Source of the DNA: Nitrospirota bacterium
GTDB taxonomy: Bacteria > Nitrospirota > Nitrospiria > JACQBW01
DNA: 64,000 nucleotides
Assembly (NCBI GenBank): GCA_016194305.1
Contig: JACQBW010000008.1
Span: forward strand, 21,684-85,683
Direction: 5' to 3'
A program made the position numbers and the translations under genes. Shown here in pieces: positions 26,484 to 36,423 of the stretch (position 1 is the stretch's first letter; each line of letters starts with the position of its first letter). The notes under the pieces were generated by a model. The model was not told the origin of the DNA. It saw only the letters and a list, made by a program, of their open reading frames with translations, and searched no databases.

Positions 26484-29400
26484 ATGGCTCAAAAAACGTT
26501 TGTTCTTATCCCTTTCTGTCTGATATTAGGACTGGCTTCGATTCCGAATGCCTGGGCGCAACCCTCACCTGGGAATTGGAAAATCGCCTTTTTAATGATC
26601 GATTTTCCGGATAAACCCGGTCAATCGACCCAAAGTTATTTTAACACGCTTCTTTTTGGGAATCATCCATCAAATGCCCCTTTGGGGAGTATGAAGGATT
26701 TTTACAATGAGGTGTCATACGGACAATTGACAGTTTCCGGCCAGGTGAATAACGGTACGGTGAACTGGTATCGGATGCCCCATTCCTATTCTTCTTACAT
26801 TAACGGTTCGTACTCACTTCTTTCTGATGCTATTCTAACGGCGACGAGTGCCGGATTTGATTTTGGTCCCTATGATCAGGACAATGATGGCTATGTCGAC
26901 GCCATTATTCTGATTCATGCCGGGACCGGGCAGGAGAATACCGGCTGTAGTTGTGATATCTGGTCGCATATGGGGATCGATACTTCGATTAACACAAGTG
27001 GGATCGATTCACTTGGTCAGTCGGTTTATACAGGTCGATTCGCAGTCGTCCCGGAATGGTGGGGATCCGTCGGTTATATGACGATCGGAGTCATCGCCCA
27101 CGAATTCGGCCATATTTTGGGCGTTCCGGATCTTTACGATCCCGATTACACCTCAAGCGGATTGGGAAATTGGAGCCTAATGGCTGGCGGAAGTTGGAAC
27201 GGTAATTTGGGCAATCGTCCTGCCCATATGGATGCCTGGAGCAAAATAGCGTTGGGCTGGGTCAATCCGGTTGTCCCTCGAAATGCGGCGGAATTAAACT
27301 TGCCTCCGGTGGAAACAAATCCTGTGATTTATAAACTCCACACGCCGAGCCAGGAATATTTTCTTCTGGAAAATCGGCAGATGATCGGATTTGATGCCGC
27401 CCTCCCAGGTCCGGGACTCCTGATCTATCATGTCGATGACTTGATTTCAAGTGGTAATCGTCTGGAATCGTATCCCGGCTGTACTATCTGTACGTCCCAC
27501 TATCAGGTCGGTCTGATACAAGCCGATAACCGATGGGACCTTGAACATGGTCTAGGCCGGGGTGACGCGGGGGACCCTTACCCCGGGACGAGCAATAATC
27601 TACAGTTTAATGATTCAAGCAGTCCTAACAGCCGGTCTTATCTCAATCAGAATTCAGGGATTGCTCTGAATAATATCACCCGGTCAGGGCTGAATATTCT
27701 AGCCGCCCTATCCGATCTTTCAGCACCTTTCACCTCTGATTTTCCCATCAGCCAGGCGCCGCACCAACAGACCAATCCCCATGTACAATTTGACGGAACA
27801 AATTACATGGTTGTCTGGGACGATTTCAGGAGCGGAGCCAATCAAGTCTATGCGGCTCGCGTCGATTCCTCTGGTTTGGTGCTTGATGCGGCAGGAATTC
27901 ATATTGCAGATGGCAAACTGATGGACATGTCGTTTGACGGAACAAATTATCTGGTCCTCTGGGGAACGCCCAGACTAGGGGGATGGAATGACCTCTTTGT
28001 CACTCGCCTTTCAGTTTCTGGAACCGTGTTGGATCCGGTCGGAACTTCTCTAGGTGTCGGCAATCTAGCGCAAGTGGCGTTTGACGGAACGAATTATTTT
28101 GCGGTCTGGCTCGGAGGGTACTTTCAAATCTACGGAGCCAGGATTACGCCATTAGGCAATATCTTGGATCCTGGCGGATTTCTTTTGACCCCCGGGACAG
28201 ATTGGAAAGATGTTCCGGCCATTGCCTTTGGCGGAGGGAACTATTTTCTGATTTGGCGAGATTCCCAGCCGGGCACAGGGATTGCCTCGACTTATGGCTC
28301 AAGAATGACCTCAGACGGAGCCCTACTGGACAACCCCCCGATTCTTGTTTCCAATGGGTGTTGTTTCAATACTGCGGTTATTTATCAGGGGAACGGTTTT
28401 CTTCTGTTGTGGGGAGGATTAGGAGTTCGGGTCGACAAACAAGGAAATGTGCTTGATCCGGTACCACTCGTCCTGCCCAATAACGGCACTTCTACCAGTG
28501 TTGCTTTTGATGGATTAAATACGCTGGTGACGTGGCAAGATGCCAGTGGTAAAGTTCTCGGAAATTATGTTTCACCCAATGGGACAATTCTAAACGCCAG
28601 CCCGGAGGTGATAGCGATTCCATATGCCCGCACGGATTCTGCGGCGGTGGGTCCCGGAAATAATGGCATTCTGGTGGTTTGGCCTGACTGGAGGAATGAA
28701 CCTGCAGCCAATCCAAATTTGATCTGGTCGACCTGTGAATTGGATTCCGCCTTCTATATTCCGGCTCTCTGCAATGTGGATCTCTACGCCAATTTTGCCC
28801 CGACGATTTATAGCGTTTTGTCGGTGAATAAAACAGGCGCCGGCACGGGTTCCATCCAATCAAATCCAGCCGGTATTCAATGTGGTACCATCTGTTCAGC
28901 CTCATATTTGAACGGAACATCCGTGTCCCTAACAGCCGTACCAGACGCGGGCTTCTATCTTTCAGGTTGGAACGGCGGATGTAGCGGAACCTCTTTGAAC
29001 TGCACGATTACCGTTACCGCGCCGACGTCCGTCTCTGCCAGCTTCGATCCGATCACTTTCAATTTGAGTCTGACCAAAGCAGGAGGTGGAAGCGGATCGG
29101 TTTCCTCATATCCTCAAGGGATTAATTGCGGTTCGGTCTGTAGTGCAACGTTTGTCAATGGGACGGTCGCAGTATTAACCGCAAGCGCTCTTTCAGGATC
29201 GGTATTCACTGGCTGGAACGGTGTGTGCAGTGGGACGACAACGACTTGTACTTTGACTCTGAATGCAGATGTTTTAGTAACGGCGAATTTTGTCAATGTC
29301 ACTGCAGCCCCGGATTTGATTTCGACGCTTCTCACCGTTACCACGACGGGTAGCAACATAGTCATAACCGACCGTATTCGAAATCAGGGAAATGGAGCCG

Positions 29401-30395
29401 CGGGACCGTTTACTGCAAGTTTTTATCTTTCTGTTGATCCCGTTTTCCAGAATGGCTCGGACATATTTGTTTGCAGTCGAAATATTGTGTCTCTGGCCGC
29501 GGGATTATATGATCCACCAAGCACCAACGCCAAGACAACCTGCCCGGTTCCAGCCGGAGTTTTACCCGGAACCTATTATCTAATTGAAGTAGTTGATTCC
29601 GGATTCCAAATTGCTGAAAGCAATGAATTCAATAATACCCGATACACTACAACCTCGTTATATGTGGGTCCTGACCTGATACCATATTTATTAACCGGCA
29701 CCATCAGCGGAAGCAATCTGATCATTACAGACCGCGTTCGAAATCAAGGGAACGTGGACACAGGGCCGTTCAGAATCAGTTATTATGTTTCTGGTGATAC
29801 GATTTACCAATCGGGAACTGATATCTTCGTTTGCAGCCGAAGTCTGTCTTCGTTGCCGGCTGGCACCTATGATCCTCCGAGCACGAATGCTACGACGACT
29901 TGCCCCATTCCGGCGGGTATTTCGGCGGGTCCCTACTACCTGGTTTCTGTAACTGACTCCGAAAGCATGGTTCCTGAGAGTAATGAAAGCAACAATGTCC
30001 GGACGACGACCAACTTATTAAATATTGGCCCGGATCTTTTCCCGGTTTATTTCACCGCGACAAAGTCGGGGACAAATTTGATTATTCGGGATCGCGTTAA
30101 AAATCAGGGAAACGTGAATTCAATGACCTTTACAATCAGTTTTTACCTCTCTGCTGATACGGTTTATCAGCCCGGAAACGATACCCTGATTTGCAGTCGA
30201 ACTGTTGCTTCGTTGGCAGTGGCAATGTTCGATCCACAATCTGCAACCTACACGACAACAACCTGCCCGATACCAGCAGGCGTATCACCGGGTTCCTACT
30301 ATGTTATCTCTGTCGATGATTCGGGGAACAGGGTGTTGGAAAATAACGAAACAAATAATTCTCGTGCTACCACCGGGGTTATAACGATTCCGTGA
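26484..30395 (+). CDS. Secreted M6-like (immune-inhibitor-A-type) zinc metalloprotease with beta-propeller-like repeats, two paired-Cys repeat domains and four C-terminal CARDB-like domains
   Basis: Signal peptide. HEFGHILGVPDLYD zincin motif. ~7 repeats of FDGTNYxVVW...YGARV...G.VLD. Two ~75-aa repeats carrying GxxCGxxCS...GWNGxCSGT...C. Four ~115-aa repeats with NQGN...CSR...YDPPSTNA.TTTCP.PAG...ESNExNN. Confidence 0.7.
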   Translation: MAQKTFVLIPFCLILGLASIPNAWAQPSPGNWKIAFLMIDFPDKPGQSTQSYFNTLLFGNHPSNAPLGSMKDFYNEVSYGQLTVSGQVNNGTVNWYRMPHSYSSYINGSYSLLSDAILTATSAGFDFGPYDQDNDGYVDAIILIHAGTGQENTGCSCDIWSHMGIDTSINTSGIDSLGQSVYTGRFAVVPEWWGSVGYMTIGVIAHEFGHILGVPDLYDPDYTSSGLGNWSLMAGGSWNGNLGNRPAHMDAWSKIALGWVNPVVPRNAAELNLPPVETNPVIYKLHTPSQEYFLLENRQMIGFDAALPGPGLLIYHVDDLISSGNRLESYPGCTICTSHYQVGLIQADNRWDLEHGLGRGDAGDPYPGTSNNLQFNDSSSPNSRSYLNQNSGIALNNITRSGLNILAALSDLSAPFTSDFPISQAPHQQTNPHVQFDGTNYMVVWDDFRSGANQVYAARVDSSGLVLDAAGIHIADGKLMDMSFDGTNYLVLWGTPRLGGWNDLFVTRLSVSGTVLDPVGTSLGVGNLAQVAFDGTNYFAVWLGGYFQIYGARITPLGNILDPGGFLLTPGTDWKDVPAIAFGGGNYFLIWRDSQPGTGIASTYGSRMTSDGALLDNPPILVSNGCCFNTAVIYQGNGFLLLWGGLGVRVDKQGNVLDPVPLVLPNNGTSTSVAFDGLNTLVTWQDASGKVLGNYVSPNGTILNASPEVIAIPYARTDSAAVGPGNNGILVVWPDWRNEPAANPNLIWSTCELDSAFYIPALCNVDLYANFAPTIYSVLSVNKTGAGTGSIQSNPAGIQCGTICSASYLNGTSVSLTAVPDAGFYLSGWNGGCSGTSLNCTITVTAPTSVSASFDPITFNLSLTKAGGGSGSVSSYPQGINCGSVCSATFVNGTVAVLTASALSGSVFTGWNGVCSGTTTTCTLTLNADVLVTANFVNVTAAPDLISTLLTVTTTGSNIVITDRIRNQGNGAAGPFTASFYLSVDPVFQNGSDIFVCSRNIVSLAAGLYDPPSTNAKTTCPVPAGVLPGTYYLIEVVDSGFQIAESNEFNNTRYTTTSLYVGPDLIPYLLTGTISGSNLIITDRVRNQGNVDTGPFRISYYVSGDTIYQSGTDIFVCSRSLSSLPAGTYDPPSTNATTTCPIPAGISAGPYYLVSVTDSESMVPESNESNNVRTTTNLLNIGPDLFPVYFTATKSGTNLIIRDRVKNQGNVNSMTFTISFYLSADTVYQPGNDTLICSRTVASLAVAMFDPQSATYTTTTCPIPAGVSPGSYYVISVDDSGNRVLENNETNNSRATTGVITIP

Positions 30396-30426
30396 TTTTT
30401 CATTCGGGCTTGGAAATAGAGTCCGT

Positions 30427-33400
30427 CTATAACAGGGAATGGAGACATTGGGTCACTTCAGATAAAATCTGATGGATCTCCTCTTCTTTCAGGAGGAGCT
30501 GAAAAGAAAATTCAGGAATCAGACGAATTTTCGGATTTCGGGTCAGTTTTTTAATGACCTCAATCGAGATTTCATGGCTTGAATGAAGGGTAAAATAAAT
30601 TCCTTTTGAATTTCGATCAATTCGTTCGATTCGGAGCTGTTTAGCCAGAATCCGGATGCCAACCAGTTTGAACAGAAGTCTGACTTCTTCGGGAACCGGA
30701 CCAAACCGGTCTCTCAATTCATCTTGAATCTTTTCTATTTCCTCTTCTTTATCTGTTGAAGAGAGTCTTTTATAAAAATAGAGCCGCTGATAAGAATCAG
30801 GAATGTACTCTTCCGGGATATAGGCCGAGACCCCCAGCTGCAAGGAAGGATTAAACTCTTCCTCCACTTTCTTACCGCGAAGTTCAGCCACACAATTTTC
30901 AAGCATCTTGATATAGAGCTCGAAGCCAATTGAGGCGATTTCTCCCGACTGCTGGGTGCCGAGAAAGTGGCCGGCACCCCTGATTTCCAGATCCCGGGCA
31001 GCGATTTTAAATCCGGCGCCCAATTCTGTGAACTCCTGGAGGGCCCGCAAACGTTTTTGGGCCTGGTCCGACAATGCCGACTGATTTTCCACAAGCAGAA
31101 AAGCATAAGCTTGTTGTCCGGATCGCCCGACTCGTCCCCGGAGCTGATAAAGTTCTGAAAGTCCAAAATGGTCAGCCCGGTTAATGATGATCGTATTGGC
31201 TCTCGGAATATCGAGACCTGATTCAATGATTGTCGTGGAAAGGAGGATCTGATATTCCCCCCGGATGAACCGCTTCATCACCTCTTCCAGCTGATGCTCG
31301 TTCATTTGGCCATGAGCGATGCCAATCGCCGCCTCCGGCACGAGACTGGTGATAAAATTTCCAATTTTTTCAATTCCCACCACCCGGTTGTGCACAAAAA
31401 AGACCTGACCGTTTCGATCGATTTCCCGCTTGATAGCTTCCCGGAGAATTCTTCGGTCAAGATGGGTCAAGATGGTACGTATGGCAAGCCGGTCCGCGGG
31501 TGGGGTCTCAATCACGGACATATTTCTCAAGTTCATCAGCGACATTTGGAGCGTGCGTGGAATCGGGGTTGCCGATAAAGTCAGGACATCGATCGATTTC
31601 TTGAGCTGTTTGATTTTCTCTTTATGGAGAACTCCGAATCTCTGCTCTTCGTCGACGATTAGAAGTCCGAGATCATGAAAGTGGAGGTCTTTTTGTAAAA
31701 CACGATGGGTTCCGATTAAAATATCGATTGTTCCTTCGAAAACCCCTTTGACGATTTGTTTCTGTTCTTGGGTCGAACGAAACCGGCTTAACATTTCCAC
31801 CTTGACGGGAAAAGGCGCGAATCGGCTAGAAAAATTATTGAAATGTTGTTGCGCAAGAAGAGTTGTCGGGACAAGGATCAGAACCTGTTTGTTGTCTTTG
31901 ACCGCTTTAAAGGACGCCCGCATGGCAACTTCTGTTTTGCCGTATCCGACATCGCCGCAGATCAGACGATCCATTGGCTTATCTTCCTCCATGTCGCGGA
32001 GGACATCCTCAATGGCTCTCAACTGATCGGGAGTTTCTTCAAATTCGAAGGAAGCGGCAAATTCCTGGCTCATTTCATTCTCGGGAGAAAATGCGAATCC
32101 CCTTGCAATCTCGCGTGAAGCATAGAGGTCGAGAATCTCCCGAGTCATGGTTTCAAGCGTCTTCCTGACTTTTTGTTTGCGCGCTGACCAACCCGACCCA
32201 CCGAGTTTGTCGAGTACAGGTAGCGTTCCTTCCACCCCGTTGTATTTTGAAATCACTTCAAGGCTGTCGAGCGGGACGAAGATTTTGTCATGACCCTTGT
32301 ACTCGATCATGAGAAAATCAGAAGTGATTCCGTCGATCGTCAGATGTTTTAGCCCCAAATACTGTCCGATACCGTGATTGGCATGAACCACCAGGTCGGA
32401 TATCTTAAGATCTTCAAATGAAGAGATAAATGATTTACTTTTTCTCCTGGCAGGTGTTCTGCTTCGCGGAACTTTTCCAAACAGATCTTCCTCAGTCAAA
32501 AAAAGGGTGGCGAGCTCCTTGTCGTAAAACCCGGACGAAAGAGTTCCTAAGGTGAGATAGAGAGGGGACGGTGAGGGGGACGGCACTTCTGATCTGGAAT
32601 ACCGGCTGACGGGAAGAAGATGTTCCATGCTGATATTCATCAAACGGACAAGCCGACTTTCCGTATGGCAAACGAGAAAAACGGTTTCTTTTTTTCGGAG
32701 CGCGTCCAGTAATTCGGTTATTTTTTGAAACGTTAGACCCGGAACACCCAGGCCAATCTGCGCGGGCGATTGAATAGCGAATGAGATTTTCTCTTTTCCG
32801 GTTCGCGATGATTCGAATTGAAGAGCACTCCAATGGATTGCAGGGCAGTTCTCAGCCTCCCGCAGGAGCTCCTTTGCGCCGTGATACAATTGCTGGGGCG
32901 TTTTGACCTGCAGACGACGGTCTAATGCCTGTGCATAATATTCGAATATCTCCCCTTCAAACTCCATCAGCTCTTTTTCGACTTTAAGAGGTTCGTCCAG
33001 AATCAAAAGAGGCGCTACTTTGAAATAGGAAAACAGGGAATGATTCTCTTTCCGAAGAGCTCCTTTTTTTTTGTTCAGGATTGGCCAAAGCTCAACTTCC
33101 TCATGCGGCAGAACTGATTTTTGGTCAAAGGGATTGAAACTTCGGAGAGACTCAATGAGGTCCCCCTCCAGCTCGAGCCGGACCGGCAGGTCTTTTTCGA
33201 TGGGCCAGAAATCCACGATCCCTCCCCGGTGGGAAAACTCTCCCGGTGTTTCCACCATATTCGCGGGTTCAAACCCGAGTTCAATCAGTTTATCGAGAAG
33301 GCTTTCTTTTGGAAAAGATTCGAATAAATGCAGAACCAGAGAAGATTTTTGAAAAGTATCAGTTGAAGGAATTTGAGACATGAGAGACTGGGACGAAGCC

Positions 33401-33768
33401 ACCACCAGGGTGCTCTCGTCGGCCCTTAACTGGACTAAATGCCGCAGTGTTCTTGTTCTTTCGGATAGGATGGCGGGAGGCGGATCGACCTGCTCATAGG
33501 GAACGATTTCAAGCGACGGAAAATAAAATATTGGTTTTTCCATCTCGAAGAAAGAGAAGAAAAATTGAATATCGCTGATCAGCTTTTCCCCTTCTTCGGA
33601 AGTCGGCGTGATAATCAGAAGAGAGCGATTTATCTCTTTAGAAAGGGAAGCGGCGAAAAAAGCCTTGAAGGAATCAGGAATGCCCTCCACCTCAATCGGC
33701 ACCTTAAGGGGAGAAACGCCGATTTTACGGACGATCTGCCGAATCTTGTCACTGGTGAGCTGAACCAT
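30427..33768 (-). CDS. mfd: Transcription-repair coupling factor
   Basis: 1113 aa. DEEQRFGV, TLSATPIPRT, LICGDVGYGKTEVAMRA helicase motifs and C-terminal TRCF domain. Confidence 0.9.
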   Translation of the reverse strand: MVQLTSDKIRQIVRKIGVSPLKVPIEVEGIPDSFKAFFAASLSKEINRSLLIITPTSEEGEKLISDIQFFFSFFEMEKPIFYFPSLEIVPYEQVDPPPAILSERTRTLRHLVQLRADESTLVVASSQSLMSQIPSTDTFQKSSLVLHLFESFPKESLLDKLIELGFEPANMVETPGEFSHRGGIVDFWPIEKDLPVRLELEGDLIESLRSFNPFDQKSVLPHEEVELWPILNKKKGALRKENHSLFSYFKVAPLLILDEPLKVEKELMEFEGEIFEYYAQALDRRLQVKTPQQLYHGAKELLREAENCPAIHWSALQFESSRTGKEKISFAIQSPAQIGLGVPGLTFQKITELLDALRKKETVFLVCHTESRLVRLMNISMEHLLPVSRYSRSEVPSPSPSPLYLTLGTLSSGFYDKELATLFLTEEDLFGKVPRSRTPARRKSKSFISSFEDLKISDLVVHANHGIGQYLGLKHLTIDGITSDFLMIEYKGHDKIFVPLDSLEVISKYNGVEGTLPVLDKLGGSGWSARKQKVRKTLETMTREILDLYASREIARGFAFSPENEMSQEFAASFEFEETPDQLRAIEDVLRDMEEDKPMDRLICGDVGYGKTEVAMRASFKAVKDNKQVLILVPTTLLAQQHFNNFSSRFAPFPVKVEMLSRFRSTQEQKQIVKGVFEGTIDILIGTHRVLQKDLHFHDLGLLIVDEEQRFGVLHKEKIKQLKKSIDVLTLSATPIPRTLQMSLMNLRNMSVIETPPADRLAIRTILTHLDRRILREAIKREIDRNGQVFFVHNRVVGIEKIGNFITSLVPEAAIGIAHGQMNEHQLEEVMKRFIRGEYQILLSTTIIESGLDIPRANTIIINRADHFGLSELYQLRGRVGRSGQQAYAFLLVENQSALSDQAQKRLRALQEFTELGAGFKIAARDLEIRGAGHFLGTQQSGEIASIGFELYIKMLENCVAELRGKKVEEEFNPSLQLGVSAYIPEEYIPDSYQRLYFYKRLSSTDKEEEIEKIQDELRDRFGPVPEEVRLLFKLVGIRILAKQLRIERIDRNSKGIYFTLHSSHEISIEVIKKLTRNPKIRLIPEFSFQLLLKEEEIHQILSEVTQCLHSLL

Positions 33769-34246
33769 AGCGCGCCAGAATTTTTTCGATCAGCTGGGTT
33801 GTGGAATATCCTGGAGTCAGGGCGATCGAAACGACCTTTCCTCCTTCTTTTTCAACAATATCCCGTCCGATGATCTGATTGACGCCCCAGTCTCCTCCTT
33901 TCACCAGGAGATGAGGTTTTATAAGGGAGATCAAACCAGCGGGGTCTGGTTCGCCGAAGGAGGTGACAAAATCAACGCATTCCAGTCCAGAGAGCATTTC
34001 GAGCCGGTCTCGTTCCGGGGTGAGTGGCCTCAATTTCCCTTTCAATTTCCGAATCGAATCATCGCTATTGATGCCGACGATCAAAATGTCCCCCATCTCC
34101 TTTGCTTCCATCAGGTAATGAAGATGCCCGGGATGCAGAAGGTCGAAACAGCCGTTGGTGAAGACGATCGTCTTGCCTTTCTTCCTTAACTCCATCGCGA
34201 TTTTCGAAAGTTCTTCGGCCGGCCTGATTTTTTGATTAAGTTTCAC
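33749..34246 (-). CDS. D-glycero-beta-D-manno-heptose-1-phosphate adenylyltransferase (HldE domain II / RfaE2-like cytidylyltransferase)
   Basis: TNGCFDLLHPGHLHYL nucleotidyltransferase motif. 165 aa. Confidence 0.75.
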   Translation of the reverse strand: MKLNQKIRPAEELSKIAMELRKKGKTIVFTNGCFDLLHPGHLHYLMEAKEMGDILIVGINSDDSIRKLKGKLRPLTPERDRLEMLSGLECVDFVTSFGEPDPAGLISLIKPHLLVKGGDWGVNQIIGRDIVEKEGGKVVSIALTPGYSTTQLIEKILARYGSAHQ

Positions 34247-35204
34247 GGGAAGAGGATTTCAGAGAAAGGTGTTCAAGGATGCCCGCCGCCAGGAGTGGAA
34301 CCATGATCTCATGGTGGCCCGTCAATCGGTATCCTTTCCCGCCCTGGAGGGTTGGACGATGGACGACATTGGTAACCGGACGGTAATGTTGAAGAAAATC
34401 CATATTGATCGTTGTAAAATGATCGACCTGATACTTCAGATTCCTGGCGACTGTAAGGGCTTTCAGGAAAACTTCCGGCATAATCACGGAAGATCCGATA
34501 TTCAGGTAAACCCCTCCTTCCAGCTGGCTGACGACAGACGTAAGTCGATGGAAGTCCCTCAGAGAACCCAGTCCAATCGCTGCACCATCGGCTGAGGGAT
34601 GCATATGAATGATATCGGTCCCGACTGCAACATGGATTGTTACCGGAATTCCGAGACGTACTCCAGCCGCAAGCAGGGAGTTCTGGCGGTACAGGAATGA
34701 CTCGTCCAGGAGTTTTTTCCCAACCGCTTCTCCGATTCCTAAACCTTCTTTTACTCCCTCGGAAATAAACTGGTTCAAAACTTTCCCGGTTTCCTCGGCC
34801 ATTCCGAAGGCGCCATCGCTCAGTTCTGCCGCCACATCTTCCGATGTGTGGCCGATAAAAGCGAGTTCAAAATCATGAATAATACCCGCTCCGTTCATCG
34901 ACAGGGCGCTGATTATTCCTCTTTCCATTAAATCAATCAGAATGGGATTCAGGCCGACTTTAATCGGATGGGCTCCCATCCCGATCATCACAACTTTCCC
35001 CTGGCGGTGGGCCGTCGAGATTGCAGCGATCACCTCTTTCAGATCACCTGCGGCAAGGATTGGCGGAAGCTGATCGAGGAATTTTTGAAGAGTGTTCCCC
35101 GTCTTATGCGGAATGGCCTCATCCGCCAGTTTGACTTTGCTTTTTCTGCTTTTTATCGAGTAGGTTTTGATTTGATTTAAATCAAGCGAAGGAAATTTCT
35201 TCAT
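34236..35204 (-). CDS. Deoxyhypusine-synthase-family (DHS-like NAD-binding) protein, tentative
   Basis: By-eye collinearity with DHS segments: VVMIGMGAHPIKVGLNPILIDLMERG.../MNGAGIIHDFE resembles human VFLGYTSNLISSGIRE.../TTAGGVEEDL. GIPVTIHVAVGTDII resembles HIPVFSPALTDGSLGD. No PfkB kinase motifs. Confidence 0.4.
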   Translation of the reverse strand: MKKFPSLDLNQIKTYSIKSRKSKVKLADEAIPHKTGNTLQKFLDQLPPILAAGDLKEVIAAISTAHRQGKVVMIGMGAHPIKVGLNPILIDLMERGIISALSMNGAGIIHDFELAFIGHTSEDVAAELSDGAFGMAEETGKVLNQFISEGVKEGLGIGEAVGKKLLDESFLYRQNSLLAAGVRLGIPVTIHVAVGTDIIHMHPSADGAAIGLGSLRDFHRLTSVVSQLEGGVYLNIGSSVIMPEVFLKALTVARNLKYQVDHFTTINMDFLQHYRPVTNVVHRPTLQGGKGYRLTGHHEIMVPLLAAGILEHLSLKSSSRET

Positions 35205-35800
35205 AACGCAGGTGATTTAAGAGACCCGTAGAGAACTTCGTCTACCAATTCGCAGATCACATGTCCGAGCGTAATATGGGTCTCCTGGATTCGGGCCGTA
35301 ACAGTCGACCGTACCACAAATGCAAGATCGGCGAGCGGAGCAATCTTTCCTCCCTTTCCTCCCGTAAAGGCGATAATTTTCATCCCTTTTTCCTTAGCGG
35401 CAAGTGCCCCTTTCACCACATTGGGAGAATTCCCGCTGGTACTGATAGCGACGGCGATATCCCCCTCCTGGCCGAAGGTTTTAATCTGGCGAGAAAATAT
35501 TTCGGAATAGTCGTAGTCATTGCCAATACTGGTCAGGACCGCCATATCGGTTGCCAGGGCAAGCGCAGGGAGGCCGGGCCGCTCGATCTTGAATCGATTT
35601 ACGAACTCCGCGGCGAGATGGGAGGCATCGGATGCGCTTCCCCCATTGCCAAAAAAGAAAATTTTGAGGCCCTTCCTAAAAGCTTTGACCGTGAGAGTTA
35701 CCGCTTCCTCAATTTTTTCAGAGTGAGTCTCAATAAAGTCTTTTTTTGTTTCGATGCTTTGATCAAAAATCTCGCGTATTTTGTTTTGTATTGGCGTCAT
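35201..35800 (-). CDS. gmhA: Phosphoheptose isomerase (SIS domain)
   Basis: FFGNGGSASDASHLAAEFVNRF SIS motif. 199 aa. Confidence 0.75.
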   Translation of the reverse strand: MTPIQNKIREIFDQSIETKKDFIETHSEKIEEAVTLTVKAFRKGLKIFFFGNGGSASDASHLAAEFVNRFKIERPGLPALALATDMAVLTSIGNDYDYSEIFSRQIKTFGQEGDIAVAISTSGNSPNVVKGALAAKEKGMKIIAFTGGKGGKIAPLADLAFVVRSTVTARIQETHITLGHVICELVDEVLYGSLKSPAL

Positions 35801-35896
35801 CTTTTTCTTTAAGGAAATATCTTATTGGGTAATTACGTTTCCGAATGTTTTCGTGAGCTCGTTGAATCAATTCTGTTCATTGAGATTGATAAGAAA

Positions 35897-35985
35897 GTTC
35901 GATACGCAAGGCCGCAGTTCCGAAGGCAAGGGAAACGTACGGATTGGGTACGTTGACGAGTCTGAGGAACGAGAACAGAGCAGAT
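35897..35985. repeat. ~85-bp hairpin repeat element, copy E1
   Basis: gcaaggccgcagttccgaag...aacgtac-ggattgg-gtacgtt...gaggaacgagaacagag. Homologous over full length to the copies at 40693, 42203 and 43414. Confidence 0.5.
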
Positions 35986-36380
35986 GGACTTTATAGTCAA
36001 TCTGACTCAGTCGGATTCGGGCTCGGCATTGCCATGTTTGTGCGTGACCTTATCTTCATTATAAATCTCTTCCAACTCCTCCTCCAGCAACTCCGCTTCA
36101 TTGGGCACCTTGATCAGCGGAATGGTAAGAGGGATTGATTTTTTGGGAGGTGAATCCTCTTTTTTGATATCGTCGCCCATCAGTTTCCTTCCCTGCCATC
36201 TTTTAATAATGATAAATCATAACACTTTTGTTTTTCCTAATACAAGTCTATCGCGAGAACTTCGTCGATAGGCAGAAAATTCCCTGGGTAGGCAACTATC
36301 CCCCGGGCCCAGTTTCGAAGTTCGGAGAGGCAATTTCGGCATCTCCTTGTAATTCAAGGAGAAACCAGTTTCTCACCATT

Positions 36381-36396
36381 TGGCACTTCGATTGCA
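36381..36396 (+). promoter_or_regulatory. Sigma-54 promoter TGGCACttcgaTTGCA upstream of fliK
   Basis: Exact -24 GG / -12 GC spacing. 28 bp upstream of the fliK ATG with RBS gaaagg. The gaaaccagtttc palindrome lies directly upstream. Confidence 0.55.
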
Positions 36397-36423
36397 AGGA
36401 GGTTTACCGAGAAAGGTTGAAAT

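Noticed and set aside
36006-36180. Apparent minus-strand small ORF (MGDDIKKEDSPPKK...) in the 620-bp gmhA-fliK intergenic region, first read as ~58 aa with an acidic helical tail
   Set aside because: Careful re-translation shows a stop after 27 codons (MGDDIKKEDSPPKKSIPLTISADQGAQ*). The longer reading needed a 1-nt frameshift. Too short and unsupported to call.
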